Assembly: GCA_943367705.1 (NCBI GenBank)
Contig: CALRJV020000002.1
Location: 204,895 to 268,894 of the forward strand
Length of the DNA stretch: 64,000 nt
Origin: Synechococcus sp. UW140
Lineage (GTDB): Bacteria > Cyanobacteriota > Cyanobacteriia > PCC-6307 > Cyanobiaceae
Direction of reading: 5' to 3'
Under the pieces are notes generated by a model. It ran no database searches and had not been told where the DNA came from. It worked only from the letters and a program-made list of their open reading frames with translations. A program made the position numbers and the translations under genes. Shown here piece by piece: positions 36,664-48,029 of this stretch (its first letter is position 1; each line of letters opens with the position of its first letter).

Positions 36664-39600
36664 TCAGCGCTGCTCCACCAGGCTCTCGCTCTCCAGCACC
36701 AGCTGCCGGAGCCGCTCCAGCCGCTCGGGATCGGCTCCGTCCCAGAGGCCCCGGTGGTGCGCCTCCAGCAGACGTTCGGCCATGTCCCGCAGGGCCCAGG
36801 GGTTGGAGCGGCCCAGAAACTCCCGCACGGTCCCGTCCTCCAGCCAGGCCGCGCTGATGGCGCCGTAGCCCCAGTCGGGGACGCGGCCGGTGCTGGCGTC
36901 GTAGGCGAACAGGTAATCGAGGCTGGCGGCCATCTCGAAACCGCCCTTGTAGCCGTGCTCCTGCATGGCGGCGATCCAGCGGGGATTGAGCAGGCGGGAA
37001 CGCAGGACCTTGTCGAACTCGCGCTCCAGCCGGTGCAGCCGGGGGCGCTGGCTGCGGGAATGGTCGCCGAACCAGAGGGCCGGGGCCCGTCCCTGCAGCC
37101 GCTCGGCGGCGGCGCTCAGGCCCCCCTGGAACTGGTAGTAGTCGTCGGAATCCAGCAGGTCGTGCTCCCGGTTGTCCTGGTTGTGCAGCACCACCTGCAC
37201 CTGGGCCAGGCGCCGTTCCAGGCCGGCCCGATCGGCCGTGGCGTCGATGGCGCCGCCGGTGGCCCCATCGCCGGGGTCACCGTCGTAGCGCCAGGCGCTC
37301 CAGTTGAGGAAGGCGTCGCCCAGGTCGGCGCGTTCCTCCCAGTGGCCGCTGTCGATCAGGCCCTGCAGGCCCGCCCCGTAGGCACCGGGGGCTGAGCCGT
37401 AGATCCGCCCTCCGTGGCCCTCCTGGCGGACCGAGGCCGCCAGGGGGTTGTCGTCGGGGGCCTCATCGAGGCCGGCCACCAGGCGGGTGGCCCGGTTGAA
37501 CCAGCCCACCAGCTGGGGAAAGGCATCACGGAACAGGCCGGAGATGCGCAGGGTCACATCCACCCGCGGCCGGCCGAGCAGGCGCAGGGGGATCACCTCC
37601 ACGTCCACCAGCCGGCGGGTGGGGCCATCCCAGACCGGGCGCACCCCCATCAGGGCCAGGGCCTGGCCGATGTCCTCGCCACCGTTGCGCATGGTGGCGG
37701 TCCCCCACACCGAGAGGGCCAGGGTGCGCAGGTCGTCGCCCTGCTCCTGGAGATGGAGCTGCAGCAGCAGCTCGGCGCTGCGCCGCCCCAGGTCCCAGGC
37801 GGCCTCCGTCGGCAGGCCGCGCAGATCGACGCTGTAGAAGTTGCGCCCGGTCGGCAGCAGATCCGGACGCCCGCGGGTGGGCGCCCCGGAGGGCCCGGCG
37901 GCGATGCGGCCGCCCGCCAGGCCGGTGAGCAGGGCCTGGCGCTCCGCCGCGCCGCAGGCCAGCAGGGGCGGCAGCAGGGCCTGGCGAAGGTGGCCGAGGG
38001 CCCGCTCGGTGGCCGTACCAGGCGCGACGGCCGCCCCCGGAAGCTCGGACGTCTCCGGTGCAGCCGCCGATGTTCCGGGCACTCGGCCCAGCTCCCCTTC
38101 CACCAGAGCCAGGGCCCGGGCCTCCAGCAGGGCCACCCCGTCGCCGACGTGTCGCAGCACGGGACCACTCGCCCTGTGGACGCTGAGCCGGCCGCGGTCG
38201 GCGGCGGAGAGGGCAGCCTCCTCCGGATCGGACCAGGGGTCCAGATCCAGGCCCAGATCAAGGGCCAGGGCCTGGGTGAGCCCCGGCACCCCCGCCTGGG
38301 GCGGCCGGGCCAGGCACAGCAGCAGCTCGGCCAGCTTGCCCGGCGCCGGCAGGGTGCCGAAGGTGTGCAGGCCGAGGCGGATCTGGGCCTCCTTGAGCTC
38401 GCACAGGTAGCCGTCGGCCGCCTCCAGCTGCCCGTCCAGATCCGGCTGGGCCGTGGCGGGCAGCTGCAGCTCATCCAGCCGCTGGCCCAGGCGCTCCCGC
38501 AGCAGCGGCGCCCGGGCGCTGCCCAGCTGGCGTGCCTCCCAGTACTCGTCCAGCAGGGCCTCCAGGCCCTGCAGATCGCCGTGCAGCCCGGCCCGGCCCA
38601 GGGGCGGGGTGAGGTGGTCGAGGATCACGGCCTGGGCGCGGCGCTTGGCCTGGCTGCCTTCGCCGGGGTCGTTGACGATGAACGGGTACAGATGCGGCAG
38701 GGGGCCGAGCGCCCACTCGGGGAAGCAGTCCTGCGACAGCCCCAGCCCCTTGCCGGGCAGCCATTCTAGGTTGCCGTGCTTGCCCACGTGCACCACCACC
38801 TGGGCGCCGAAGCTCTGGCGCAGCCAGAAGTACTGGGCCAGGTAGGCGTGGGTGGGGGGCAGATCGGGGCTGTGGTAGCTGAGGCTGGGATCGCGGTCGT
38901 AGCCGCGCTCCGGCTGAATCAGCACCAGCACCCGGCCGAAGCGGAGTCCCCGCACCGGAAAGGCAGGGACCGTGTCCCCGTCCTCCAGGGCCACCGGCTC
39001 CAGTCCCGCGTCGGCCTCAGGCGGCCCCCAGACCGCCTCCAGCCGCTGGCGGCCCTCCAGCGGCAGGGCGATGTACCACTCCTGGTAGCTGTCCAGGGGC
39101 AGGTGGTCCAGGGGCGGGCGATGGCCGCTTTCCGGGTCGTTGCTGCGTCCCTCCAGCAGCCGGTGGATGAGGGCGTCGCCGTCCATCGGAAGGTCAGCGG
39201 CCATCCCCAGGTCGTAGCCGGCCTCCGCCAGCCAGCCGAGCATCAGGGCGGCACTGGCCGGGGTGTCAAGGCCGACGCCGTTGGCCAGGCGGCTGTTGCG
39301 GTTGGGGTAGTTGGCCAGCACCAGGGCCACCCGGCGCCCGGTGGCGGGCGTGCGGCGCAGGTCGATCCAGGCACCGGTGAGGCGGGCGATCCAGTCGAGG
39401 CGCTCCCGGTCGGGCACATAGCGGTGCAGGGCCGTGGCCAGGCTGTCGCTGGTGGCGCTCCATTCCTTGAAGGCCCCCACCCGTGTGGTGAGGCGTCCGT
39501 CCAGCTCCGGCAGGGCCACCTGGAGACTGAGGTCCAGGGGCGCCAGGCCGATGCTGCTGGTGCTCCAGGCTTCGCGACTGCGGCCGCTGCAGAGCACCTG

Positions 39601-40443
39601 CAGCACCGGCACCCCCAGCCGTTCCCACAGGGGCGCCCCCAGCCCAGCCTCCTCGAACGATACCGAGGCGAAGCCCGTGCCACAGAGCACCGCCTCCGCC
39701 CCCTCCCTGGCCAGCAGATCGGCCACCCCCCGCTGCACGGCCCCATCCCGCAGGCTGCTCACCCACAGGGCCCGCGGCGCCAGCCCCCGGCCGCGCAGGG
39801 CCGCCAGCAGCGCCTCCATCAGGGCCAGATCCCCCGCCTGCCAGAGGGCCCGGTAAAGGATCACCCCCACCCGGGAGCCGGGCTCGTCCCGCCAGTCATG
39901 GGGGAGGGGGTCGGCGGCCGGCGCCGGCCAGGGCGGCTCGGGATGCTCCCCGGCCAGCAGGTGGGCCAGGGTGCGCAGCAGCAGGCGCAGGTTGGCCGGC
40001 CCCCCCTCCCGCAGGCAGGCCGCACAGGCCGATGCCAGGGGCCCATCGAGGTTGCCGAGGCAGGCCAGGGCCTGCTCCTCCTCGGCGGTGCCGGCCAGCA
40101 CCAGCAGCTGGCGGCCCTCCGCAGCGGCGGCCCACTGCCGCAGGCACTCCAGCCCATAGCTCCAGTGGCCGCGCCCCCCCAGCAGCCGCACCACCACCAG
40201 TCGGGTGGCAGCGAGGCTGCTGGCCACGTAGTGATCGATCACCGCCGGGTGCTGCAGGGCCGAGAGGTTGAGGGCCCGCAGCTCCCCGGGCAGCAGCTTC
40301 GGCTCAGCCTCCAGCAGCTGGGCCACCGCCAGCAGATCCGTGTCAGCGCTGCTGAGCAGCACCACCGGCGCCGGTGGCTGCTCCACGAAGAGGCCGCCGT
40401 CGTTCTCCGTCCTGTCCCCGGCGATGGACGCGAGTCGATGCAT
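36664..40443 (-). CDS. cobN: Cobaltochelatase subunit CobN
   Basis: LSSADTDL, VHVGKHGNLEWLPGK, AKRR..AVILDHLTPP, LPTGRNFY, HNQDNREHDLLDSDDYYQF. Confidence 0.95.
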   Translation of the reverse strand: MHRLASIAGDRTENDGGLFVEQPPAPVVLLSSADTDLLAVAQLLEAEPKLLPGELRALNLSALQHPAVIDHYVASSLAATRLVVVRLLGGRGHWSYGLECLRQWAAAAEGRQLLVLAGTAEEEQALACLGNLDGPLASACAACLREGGPANLRLLLRTLAHLLAGEHPEPPWPAPAADPLPHDWRDEPGSRVGVILYRALWQAGDLALMEALLAALRGRGLAPRALWVSSLRDGAVQRGVADLLAREGAEAVLCGTGFASVSFEEAGLGAPLWERLGVPVLQVLCSGRSREAWSTSSIGLAPLDLSLQVALPELDGRLTTRVGAFKEWSATSDSLATALHRYVPDRERLDWIARLTGAWIDLRRTPATGRRVALVLANYPNRNSRLANGVGLDTPASAALMLGWLAEAGYDLGMAADLPMDGDALIHRLLEGRSNDPESGHRPPLDHLPLDSYQEWYIALPLEGRQRLEAVWGPPEADAGLEPVALEDGDTVPAFPVRGLRFGRVLVLIQPERGYDRDPSLSYHSPDLPPTHAYLAQYFWLRQSFGAQVVVHVGKHGNLEWLPGKGLGLSQDCFPEWALGPLPHLYPFIVNDPGEGSQAKRRAQAVILDHLTPPLGRAGLHGDLQGLEALLDEYWEARQLGSARAPLLRERLGQRLDELQLPATAQPDLDGQLEAADGYLCELKEAQIRLGLHTFGTLPAPGKLAELLLCLARPPQAGVPGLTQALALDLGLDLDPWSDPEEAALSAADRGRLSVHRASGPVLRHVGDGVALLEARALALVEGELGRVPGTSAAAPETSELPGAAVAPGTATERALGHLRQALLPPLLACGAAERQALLTGLAGGRIAAGPSGAPTRGRPDLLPTGRNFYSVDLRGLPTEAAWDLGRRSAELLLQLHLQEQGDDLRTLALSVWGTATMRNGGEDIGQALALMGVRPVWDGPTRRLVDVEVIPLRLLGRPRVDVTLRISGLFRDAFPQLVGWFNRATRLVAGLDEAPDDNPLAASVRQEGHGGRIYGSAPGAYGAGLQGLIDSGHWEERADLGDAFLNWSAWRYDGDPGDGATGGAIDATADRAGLERRLAQVQVVLHNQDNREHDLLDSDDYYQFQGGLSAAAERLQGRAPALWFGDHSRSQRPRLHRLEREFDKVLRSRLLNPRWIAAMQEHGYKGGFEMAASLDYLFAYDASTGRVPDWGYGAISAAWLEDGTVREFLGRSNPWALRDMAERLLEAHHRGLWDGADPERLERLRQLVLESESLVEQR

Positions 40444-40496
40444 CACCCCATCCTGCCGAACGCGATGAGAAGATCGCATCGTCGCCACCGCCTTCC

Positions 40497-41414
40497 ATGC
40501 ACCAGTTCCTGCCCTATGCCTGGTTCGGCGGACAATGCGTCCCCTTTGCCGAGGCGACCCTCTCGGTGGCCACCCATGCGCTGCATTACGGCACGGGCGC
40601 CTTCGGCGGCATGCGGGCCCTCCCCAACCCCGCCGACAACAACGAGATCCTGCTGTTCCGCGCCGATCGCCATGCCCGCCGCCTCAGCCAGAGCGCCCGG
40701 CTGCTGCTGACGGAACTGCCGGAGGAGACGATCCACAACGCCATCCATGCCTTTCTGCAGGCCAACCGACCCACCTGCCCGATCTACCTGCGGCCCTTCG
40801 TCTACACCAGCGACCTCGGCATCGCCCCGCGCCTGCACAACATCCAGACTGACTTCCTCATCTACGGCATCGAGATGGGCGACTATCTCTCCCCCGAGGG
40901 TGTCAGCTGCCGGATCAGCAGCTGGTGCCGCCAGGAGGACCGTTCCCTGCCCCTGAGGGGCAAGATCAGCGGCGCCTACATCACCAGCTCCCTGGCCAAG
41001 ACGGAAGCCGTCAAGAGCGGCTTCGATGAGGCCCTGCTGCTCAACAGCCGCGGCAAGGTGAGCGAAGCCAGCGGCATGAACCTGTTCATCGTCCGGGACG
41101 GCGTGCTGATCACCCCGGGCGTCGATCAGGACATCCTCGAGGGCATCACCAGGGCCAGCATCATGGAGCTGGCGCGCTCGATGGACATCCCCGTGCTCGA
41201 GCGGCCCGTCGACAAGACCGAGCTGATGATCGCCGACGAGGTGTTCCTCAGCGGTACCGCCGCCCGGGTCACCCCGGTGCGCCGGATCGAGTCCACCGAC
41301 CTCTCCAGCCATCGCCCCGTGATGGAGCGTCTGCGCGACCGTCTCACGGCGATCACGGAGGGCCGCGATCCCTCCTATGACCACTGGGTCACCCGCATCC
41401 GCATCGACGCCTGA
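40497..41414 (+). CDS. ilvE: Branched-chain amino acid aminotransferase
   Basis: [38 protein letters not shown]. Confidence 0.93.
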   Translation: MHQFLPYAWFGGQCVPFAEATLSVATHALHYGTGAFGGMRALPNPADNNEILLFRADRHARRLSQSARLLLTELPEETIHNAIHAFLQANRPTCPIYLRPFVYTSDLGIAPRLHNIQTDFLIYGIEMGDYLSPEGVSCRISSWCRQEDRSLPLRGKISGAYITSSLAKTEAVKSGFDEALLLNSRGKVSEASGMNLFIVRDGVLITPGVDQDILEGITRASIMELARSMDIPVLERPVDKTELMIADEVFLSGTAARVTPVRRIESTDLSSHRPVMERLRDRLTAITEGRDPSYDHWVTRIRIDA

Positions 41415-44400
41415 TGGTCGTCACCGCCGCCATCCACCACCCCACCGACCGCATCGGCTTCCTCGACTGGCTGCACGGTCCGACCCGGCCGGTGCTCGTC
41501 TTCGACGGCGCCACCGGCACCTCCCTGCAGGAGATGAACCTGACGGCCGACGATTTCGGTGGTGCGGCCCTGGAGGGCTGCAACGAGAACCTGGTCTTCA
41601 CCCGGCCCGATGCGGTCCAGGCGGTGCACCGCCAGTTCCTGGAGGTGGGTTGCGACGTGATCGAGACCGACACCTTCGGGGCCGCCTCGATCGTGCTGGC
41701 CGAGTACGGACTGGAGGACCAGGCCTTCGCCATCAACCGCCGGGCCGCCGAACTGGCCCGCGAGATGGCCGCCGCCTACAGCACCCCGGAGAAGCCCCGG
41801 TTCGTGGCCGGCTCGATGGGGCCCACCACCAAGCTGCCCACCCTCGGCCACATCGACTTCGACACGATGAAGGCCTCGTTCCGCGAGCAGGCCGCCGGCC
41901 TGATCGTCGGGGACGTCGACCTGTTCATCGTCGAGACCTGCCAGGACGTGCTGCAGATCAAGGCGGCCCTGCAGGGGATCGAGGAGGCCTTCAGCGCCGC
42001 AGGAGAGCGGCGTCCCCTGATGGTCTCGGTGACCATGGAGACCACCGGCACCATGCTGGTCGGCTCCGACATCGCCGCCGTCGTGGCGATCCTGGAGCCC
42101 TTCCCGATCGACGTCCTGGGCCTCAACTGCGCCACCGGCCCGGAGCAGATGAAGGAGCACATCCGCTACCTGAGCCAGCACAGTCCCTTCGTGGTGAGCT
42201 GCATCCCCAACGCGGGGCTGCCGGAGAACATCGGCGGGGTGGCCCACTACCGGCTCACCCCCACTGAGATGCGGATGCAGCTGATGCACTTCGTCGAGGA
42301 TCTGGGGGTCCAGGTGATCGGTGGCTGCTGCGGCACCACCCCGGCCCATATCGGCGCCCTGGCGGATCTCGCCGCCGGGCTGAAGCCCGCCCCCCGGGAG
42401 GTGCGCCTGCCCCGCCAGCGGCTGGAGCGGCCGCCGCTCCACTACGAGCCGGCGGTGGCCTCGATCTATGGCGTCACCCCCTACTTCCAGGACAACTCCT
42501 TCCTGATCATCGGCGAGCGGCTCAACGCCAGCGGCTCGAAGAAGGTGCGCGAGCTGCTCAACGCCGAGGACTGGGACGGCCTGGTGGCGGTGGCCCGGGG
42601 CCAGGTGAAGGAGAACGCCCACGTGCTCGATGTGAACGTCGACTACGTGGGACGTGATGGAGTGAAGGACATGCACGATCTGGTGAGCCGGCTGGTCACC
42701 AACGTGAACCTGCCGCTGATGCTCGATTCCACCGAGTGGCAGAAGATGGAGGCCGGCCTCAAGGTGGCCGGCGGCAAGTGCATCCTCAATTCCACCAACT
42801 ACGAGGACGGCGACGAGCGCTTCTTCAAGGTGCTGGAACTGGCCCGTGACTACGGCGCCGGTGTGGTGGTGGGCACGATCGATGAGGAGGGCATGGCCCG
42901 CACCGCCGATCGCAAGTTCGCCATCGCCCAGCGGGCCTACCGGGATGCGATTGAGTTCGGCCTGCCGGCCCACGAGATCTTCTACGATCCCCTCGCCCTG
43001 CCCATCTCCACCGGCATCGAGGAGGACCGGGCCAATGCGGCCGCCACGATCGAGGCGATCAGGCGGATACGCCAGGATCTTCCCGGCGTGCATGTGGTGC
43101 TGGGGGTCAGCAACGTCAGCTTCGGGCTGTCTCCGGCCGCCCGCATCGTGCTCAATTCGGTGTTCCTGCACGACTGCTGCGCCGCCGGCATGGATGCGGC
43201 GATCGTCAGCCCGGCGAAGATTCTCCCCCTGGCCAAGATCAGCGAGGAGCATCAGCTGATCTGCCGCGATCTGATCCACGACCGGCGGCGCTTCGAGGAC
43301 GGCATCTGCGTCCACGATCCCCTCACCCTGCTGACCACCGAGTTCGAAGGTGTCAGCGCCAGGGAGGCCCGGGCCTCAGGCCCTTCGCTGGCCGATCTGC
43401 CCTTGGAGGAGCGGCTCAAGCAGCACATCATCGACGGGGAGCGCATCGGCCTGGAGGCCGCCCTGCAGGAGGCCCTGGCGGAGCATCCACCGCTGAAGAT
43501 CATCAACACCTTCCTGCTGGATGGCATGAAGGTGGTGGGTGAACTGTTCGGTTCCGGCCAGATGCAGCTGCCCTTCGTGCTGCAGAGCGCCGAAACCATG
43601 AAGGCGGCCGTCGCCTTTCTCGAGCCCCACATGGAGCGCAAGGAAGGCGAATCCAGCAGCAAGGGCAAGTTCCTGATCGCCACCGTCAAGGGCGACGTTC
43701 ACGACATCGGCAAGAACCTGGTGGACATCATCCTGACCAACAATGGCTATGAGGTGGTGAATCTGGGCATCAAACAGGGCGTCGACGCGATCGTGGAGGC
43801 CCAGCGCCAGCATGGAGCCGACTGCATCGCCATGAGCGGCCTGCTGGTGAAATCCACCGCCTTCATGAAGGACAACCTCGAAACGTTCAATGAGGTCGGC
43901 ATCTCCGTTCCCGTCATTCTTGGCGGTGCCGCGTTGACGCCGCGGTTCGTCAACGGCGACTGCCGAGCGGCCTACCGGGGCCAGGTGATCTACGGCCGGG
44001 ACGCCTTCGCCGACCTGCGCTTCATGGACGCCCTGATGGACGCCAAGGCGGCGGGCCGCTGGGACGACCACCAGGGTTTCCTCGATGGCGCTCCCGAGGG
44101 CCTGGGGCTGGGCGAGTCCGCGGCTTCCGCGACGCCCGTCGCATCTGAGCAGGCGGCTGCCGAACCTGGGGAGGCGGCGGTGGCGGCTGATCCGGTGGTG
44201 GCCGGCAGCGACGAGCGCTCCGCGGCGGTGCGCGCCGAACCGGCCATCGCGCCCCCGTTCTGGGGCACTCGGGTGCTCACCGAAGCGGAGATCGACCTCG
44301 ACGAGGTGTTCGCCTACCTGGATCGCAACGCCCTCTTCGCCGGCCAGTGGCAGCTGCGCAAGACCCAGCAGCAGAGTCGGGAGGCCTACGAGGCCATGCT

Positions 44401-45091
44401 CGCCGAGAAGGCGGAACCCGTGCTGCAGGAGTGGCTCGGACGCTGCCGCCAGGAGGGTCTGCTGACCCCCCGGGTGGCCTACGGCTACTTCCCCTGCGGC
44501 CGCGCCGGCAACGCCCTGGTGGTGTTTGATCCCGCTGGGATGGCCGATGGGGCAGCGGCCGCCAGCGGCGGCAGGGAGCTGGGGCGTTTCGCCCTGCCGC
44601 GCCAGCGCGGCGGCAACCGCTACTGCATCGCCGACTTCTACCGCGACCTGGAGCCAGGCCCAGACGGCGCCCAGCGGCCAAGTGACGTGCTGCCGATGCA
44701 GGCCGTCACCATGGGCGAAGGGGCCACCAGCTTCGCTCAGGAGCTCTTCCGGGCCGACCGCTACAGCGATTACCTCTACTTCCATGGTCTGGCGGTCCAG
44801 ATGGCCGAGGCCCTGGCGGAATGGACCCACGCCCGCATCCGCCGGGAGATGGGATTCGCCGCAGCCGAACCGGCCGCCCTCCGGGACGTGCTGGCCCAGC
44901 GCTACCGGGGCAGCCGCTACTCCTTCGGCTATCCGGCCTGTCCGAACGTGGCCGACTCCCGCCAGCAGCTCGCCTGGCTGGGCACCGACCGCATCGGCCT
45001 GACGATGGACGAGAGCGACCAGCTGGAGCCGGAGCAGAGCACCACCGCCCTGGTGGCCCTGCACAGCCAGGCCCGGTACTTCAGCGCCTGA
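41414..45091 (+). CDS. metH: B12-dependent methionine synthase
   Basis: [36 protein letters not shown] (B12 DxHxxG), RYSFGYPAC; TGATG overlap with ilvE. Confidence 0.97.
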   Translation: MVVTAAIHHPTDRIGFLDWLHGPTRPVLVFDGATGTSLQEMNLTADDFGGAALEGCNENLVFTRPDAVQAVHRQFLEVGCDVIETDTFGAASIVLAEYGLEDQAFAINRRAAELAREMAAAYSTPEKPRFVAGSMGPTTKLPTLGHIDFDTMKASFREQAAGLIVGDVDLFIVETCQDVLQIKAALQGIEEAFSAAGERRPLMVSVTMETTGTMLVGSDIAAVVAILEPFPIDVLGLNCATGPEQMKEHIRYLSQHSPFVVSCIPNAGLPENIGGVAHYRLTPTEMRMQLMHFVEDLGVQVIGGCCGTTPAHIGALADLAAGLKPAPREVRLPRQRLERPPLHYEPAVASIYGVTPYFQDNSFLIIGERLNASGSKKVRELLNAEDWDGLVAVARGQVKENAHVLDVNVDYVGRDGVKDMHDLVSRLVTNVNLPLMLDSTEWQKMEAGLKVAGGKCILNSTNYEDGDERFFKVLELARDYGAGVVVGTIDEEGMARTADRKFAIAQRAYRDAIEFGLPAHEIFYDPLALPISTGIEEDRANAAATIEAIRRIRQDLPGVHVVLGVSNVSFGLSPAARIVLNSVFLHDCCAAGMDAAIVSPAKILPLAKISEEHQLICRDLIHDRRRFEDGICVHDPLTLLTTEFEGVSAREARASGPSLADLPLEERLKQHIIDGERIGLEAALQEALAEHPPLKIINTFLLDGMKVVGELFGSGQMQLPFVLQSAETMKAAVAFLEPHMERKEGESSSKGKFLIATVKGDVHDIGKNLVDIILTNNGYEVVNLGIKQGVDAIVEAQRQHGADCIAMSGLLVKSTAFMKDNLETFNEVGISVPVILGGAALTPRFVNGDCRAAYRGQVIYGRDAFADLRFMDALMDAKAAGRWDDHQGFLDGAPEGLGLGESAASATPVASEQAAAEPGEAAVAADPVVAGSDERSAAVRAEPAIAPPFWGTRVLTEAEIDLDEVFAYLDRNALFAGQWQLRKTQQQSREAYEAMLAEKAEPVLQEWLGRCRQEGLLTPRVAYGYFPCGRAGNALVVFDPAGMADGAAAASGGRELGRFALPRQRGGNRYCIADFYRDLEPGPDGAQRPSDVLPMQAVTMGEGATSFAQELFRADRYSDYLYFHGLAVQMAEALAEWTHARIRREMGFAAAEPAALRDVLAQRYRGSRYSFGYPACPNVADSRQQLAWLGTDRIGLTMDESDQLEPEQSTTALVALHSQARYFSA

Positions 45092-45142
45092 GGCCGGACC
45101 CCAGGCCATGGCAGGCTTTGTTCACCCTTCGAAACCCTGGCC

Positions 45143-45415
45143 ATGGCCATTGCAGGACCCGGTGGTGTTGATGACGCCATCGCGGCGGGCGTGGATCTGG
45201 ACGGTTCCCCGATCCCGCCCGCCATGCTCGCCCTCTACGGCGAAGTGATGGAGCTGGAGAGCCGCCGGGCCCGCAGTGGCGTGAAGAAGTCGATGCGCAA
45301 CCGCATCGTGCGCACCGGAGCCAAGCATCTCGATCGGCTCACCCTCGACCAGCGCCTGCGGGAAGCGGGCTGGGAGGGCCTCAAGGACAAGGAGATCGCC
45401 TTCTTCTACGGCTGA
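45143..45415 (+). CDS. DUF4090 family small protein
   Basis: AIAAGVDLDGSPIP...VMELE..RARSGV..SMRNRIVRTGAKH, recalled as DUF4090. Confidence 0.7.
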   Translation: MAIAGPGGVDDAIAAGVDLDGSPIPPAMLALYGEVMELESRRARSGVKKSMRNRIVRTGAKHLDRLTLDQRLREAGWEGLKDKEIAFFYG

Positions 45416-45446
45416 GGACAACCGAAGGCCTGAGCGGCAGAGGGGC

Positions 45447-45674
45447 TCAGCTGCAGAGCTCCTCGAGGCTGTCGATCACGTCCTGCTGGAAAACGTCAAG
45501 GGCGTCGGAGTCGCTCAGGTCGATCCCCTCACCGGCGGCGTTCTGGGTGAGTTCCTGGAAGTGGAAGGCACCCTCGCCATGGGCCAGAAACTCCATGGCG
45601 GAGGGCTCACCGCTTTCCTTGTAGGCGTCGCAGAGGGCCAGGAAGGCCGCATCCTCGGTGAAATCCCAGCTCAT
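45447..45674 (-). CDS. Small, very acidic hypothetical protein (75 aa)
   Basis: Clean ATG ORF in an intergenic gap with normal codon usage; 18 D/E, 1 K, 0 R. Confidence 0.7.
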   Translation of the reverse strand: MSWDFTEDAAFLALCDAYKESGEPSAMEFLAHGEGAFHFQELTQNAAGEGIDLSDSDALDVFQQDVIDSLEELCS

Positions 45675-45790
45675 GAAGGGGGTCGTGCTGAAAGACCTTT
45701 AACCCCTCTCCCCCGGAATTCGTCAACCTCCTGGGGGCAATTTGTGCCAGTCCTCCGTCAGACTCTCCCCGATCCTGCTCCGCCCCGGCC

Positions 45791-46177
45791 TTGGTCGCCT
45801 CCCCCCTGCAGCCCCCTGCCGAAAGCCACAACGTGCTGGGAGAACCGCTGCAGGAGTGCGGGTGTGCGCCGCTCACCGGCTGGTTCAGGGACGGCTACTG
45901 CCACGCCGATCCCGGTGATTTCGGCCGCCATACGGTCTGCTGCGTGGTGAACGAGTCGTTTCTGAGCTACAGCCGCGCCCTGGGCAACGACCTCTCGACC
46001 CCGGTGCCGGCGTACAACTTCCCCGGCCTGCGCCCCGGGGACCACTGGTGCGTCTGCGCCGCCCGCTGGCTGGAGGCCTACGAGGACGGCATGGCCCCGC
46101 CGGTACGGCTGGAGAGCTCCGCCCTCTCCACCCTCGAGGTGATCCCCCTGGAGGTCCTGCGCAGCCACGCCGCCTGA
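45791..46177 (+). CDS. DUF2237 family protein
   Basis: NVLGEPLQEC...TGWFRDGYC...G.HTVC, GLRPGDHWCVCAARW. Confidence 0.85.
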   Translation: MVASPLQPPAESHNVLGEPLQECGCAPLTGWFRDGYCHADPGDFGRHTVCCVVNESFLSYSRALGNDLSTPVPAYNFPGLRPGDHWCVCAARWLEAYEDGMAPPVRLESSALSTLEVIPLEVLRSHAA

Positions 46178-46199
46178 GCGGCATCCTGCAGCCTGCGCC

Positions 46200-46928
46200 T
46201 CACCAGGGAATCGGCGAGCCGTCCCAGGCGAGGAAGGCGCCGCTGCCGGCGGCCGTCTGGCCCTCCAGCACATCGAGCAGGTGGGCGGCGGCCCGCTCCG
46301 GGCTGAACAGGGCCGTGGGCGGCACGGAGCGGCCGAAGGGGGCCGAGAGCGGGGTGGCGGTGGTGCCGGGATGGAGCAGGGTCACGCAGGCCAGGGGCAG
46401 GCGGCGCTGCCATTCGATCGCCAGGGTGCGCAACAGCTGGTTCTGGGCCGCCTTGGCCGCCCGGTAGGCGTACCAGCCGCCGAGACGGTTGTCGCCGATG
46501 CTGCCCACCCGGGCCGAAAGGCTGGCGAAGTGCACCGGCCGGTCCCTGGGCAGGGCGGCCTCGATCGCCTGGGCCAGCAGCAGGGGACCGAAGGCGTTGA
46601 CGGCGAAGCTGCGCTCCAGGGCCTGGCGATTCACCTGGGTGAGGCGCTTCTCCGGCTGCAGGGCCCCGTCATGGAGCAGGCCGGCTGTGTTGATCACGAT
46701 CCGGAGCGGCGCGAGCTCACCGGCGGCACGGGCCGCCAGCGCGGCCAGGCTGCCGTCATCGGCCAGATCGAGCGGGATGTCCGCCCCGCGGCGGCCGGCG
46801 GTGCGGACCCGCAGAGCCGGCGCCCGCCGGGCCAGCTCGGCCGCGAGCGCCCGGCCGATGCCCCCCGGGCCCACGATCAGGGCCTGACCCTCCCAGTCGT
46901 GCCAGTGGGGGGTGGTGGCGCTCGGCAT
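46200..46928 (-). CDS. Short-chain dehydrogenase (CsgA/C-factor-like)
   Basis: GPGGIG, NTAGLLH, SARVGSIGDNRLGGWYAYRAAKAAQNQ, LHPGTTAT; only the last 242 codons of ORF 46200..49451. Confidence 0.88.
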   Translation of the reverse strand: MPSATTPHWHDWEGQALIVGPGGIGRALAAELARRAPALRVRTAGRRGADIPLDLADDGSLAALAARAAGELAPLRIVINTAGLLHDGALQPEKRLTQVNRQALERSFAVNAFGPLLLAQAIEAALPRDRPVHFASLSARVGSIGDNRLGGWYAYRAAKAAQNQLLRTLAIEWQRRLPLACVTLLHPGTTATPLSAPFGRSVPPTALFSPERAAAHLLDVLEGQTAAGSGAFLAWDGSPIPW

Positions 46929-46991
46929 GGCGGGCAGGGGGATGGCGCATGATGGCAGTTCCTTCCGGGGAACCGCCCCGCGCATCGGTCC

Positions 46992-47912
46992 ATGGGTCTG
47001 CGCATCACCGTGCTGGGTCGGGGTGCCTGGGGCGGCACATTGCTGCGGCTCTGGGAGCGCCAGGGGCACCACCTGCGCAGCTGGTCGCGGCGGGATGGGG
47101 GAGAGCCGGGGGCCCTGCTGCAGGACTGCGACCTGGTGGTGGCGGCCGTGTCGATGGTGGGGGTCGCCCCCCTCGGTCACAGCCTCCAGGGACGCTGGCC
47201 GGAGCGCCTGCCGCTGCTGAGCTGCAGCAAGGGAATCGATCTGGACAGCCTCTGCACCGCCAGCCAGCTCTGGCGGCGCCACCTGCCGGCGGTGCCGCTG
47301 GCGGTGCTGAGCGGCCCGAATCTGGCGGAGGAACTGGAAAGGGGGCTGCCGGCGGCCAGCGTGCTCAGCAGCGACGACCCCGCTCTGGCCCGCCGGCTGC
47401 AGGAGCAGCTGCGGGCCCCGCACCTGCGGCTCTACACCAACACCGATCCCATCGGCACCGAGGCGGCCGGGGCCCTCAAGAACGTGATCGCCCTGGCCGC
47501 CGGCATCAGCGACGGCCTGGGGCTGGGGGCGAATGCCAAGGCCTCCCTGCTGTGCCGGGGTCTGGCGGAGATCGCCGTCGTGCTCCAGGCCCTTGGCGGC
47601 CAACCCACCACCCTCTACGGCCTGGCCGGCCTGGGGGACCTGCTGGCCACAGCCAACAGCAGCCTGAGCCGCAACTACCGCTTCGGCAGCCTGCTGGCGG
47701 AGGGCTTTGACGAAGCCACCGCCCTCGGCCGCATCGGCGCCACCGTGGAGGGGCCCCGCACCGCCCGCGCCACCCTGGCCCTGGCCGAGAGGGAGGGCTG
47801 GCAACTGCCCATCTGCGGCCAGGTGGTGCGGCTGCTGGCGGGCGAGCTGGAGGCCCGGCAGGCGGTGCAGGAGCTGATGCAGCGCGACCTGCGGGCCGAA
47901 GCGGCCCCCTGA
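46992..47912 (+). CDS. gpsA: NAD(P)H-dependent glycerol-3-phosphate dehydrogenase
   Basis: GRGAWG, SKGI, LSGPNLAEE, ALKNVIALAAG, GLGDLLAT, SRNYRFG. Confidence 0.93.
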   Translation: MGLRITVLGRGAWGGTLLRLWERQGHHLRSWSRRDGGEPGALLQDCDLVVAAVSMVGVAPLGHSLQGRWPERLPLLSCSKGIDLDSLCTASQLWRRHLPAVPLAVLSGPNLAEELERGLPAASVLSSDDPALARRLQEQLRAPHLRLYTNTDPIGTEAAGALKNVIALAAGISDGLGLGANAKASLLCRGLAEIAVVLQALGGQPTTLYGLAGLGDLLATANSSLSRNYRFGSLLAEGFDEATALGRIGATVEGPRTARATLALAEREGWQLPICGQVVRLLAGELEARQAVQELMQRDLRAEAAP

Positions 47913-48029
47913 ATCGTGCCGCCGGTCCCGGTGTGGCGGCACGGTGCAATGGGGCGACCGTCCTGCGCCGGGGGGCGCCGGAGCCGGATTGTCCGGCATG
48001 ATCCTTTCAATCCTTTGTGAATCCTTGCC

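Noticed and set aside
40443-40497. Cobalamin riboswitch for cobN/metH
   Set aside because: The gap is only 53 bp and no B12-box sequence is recognisable.
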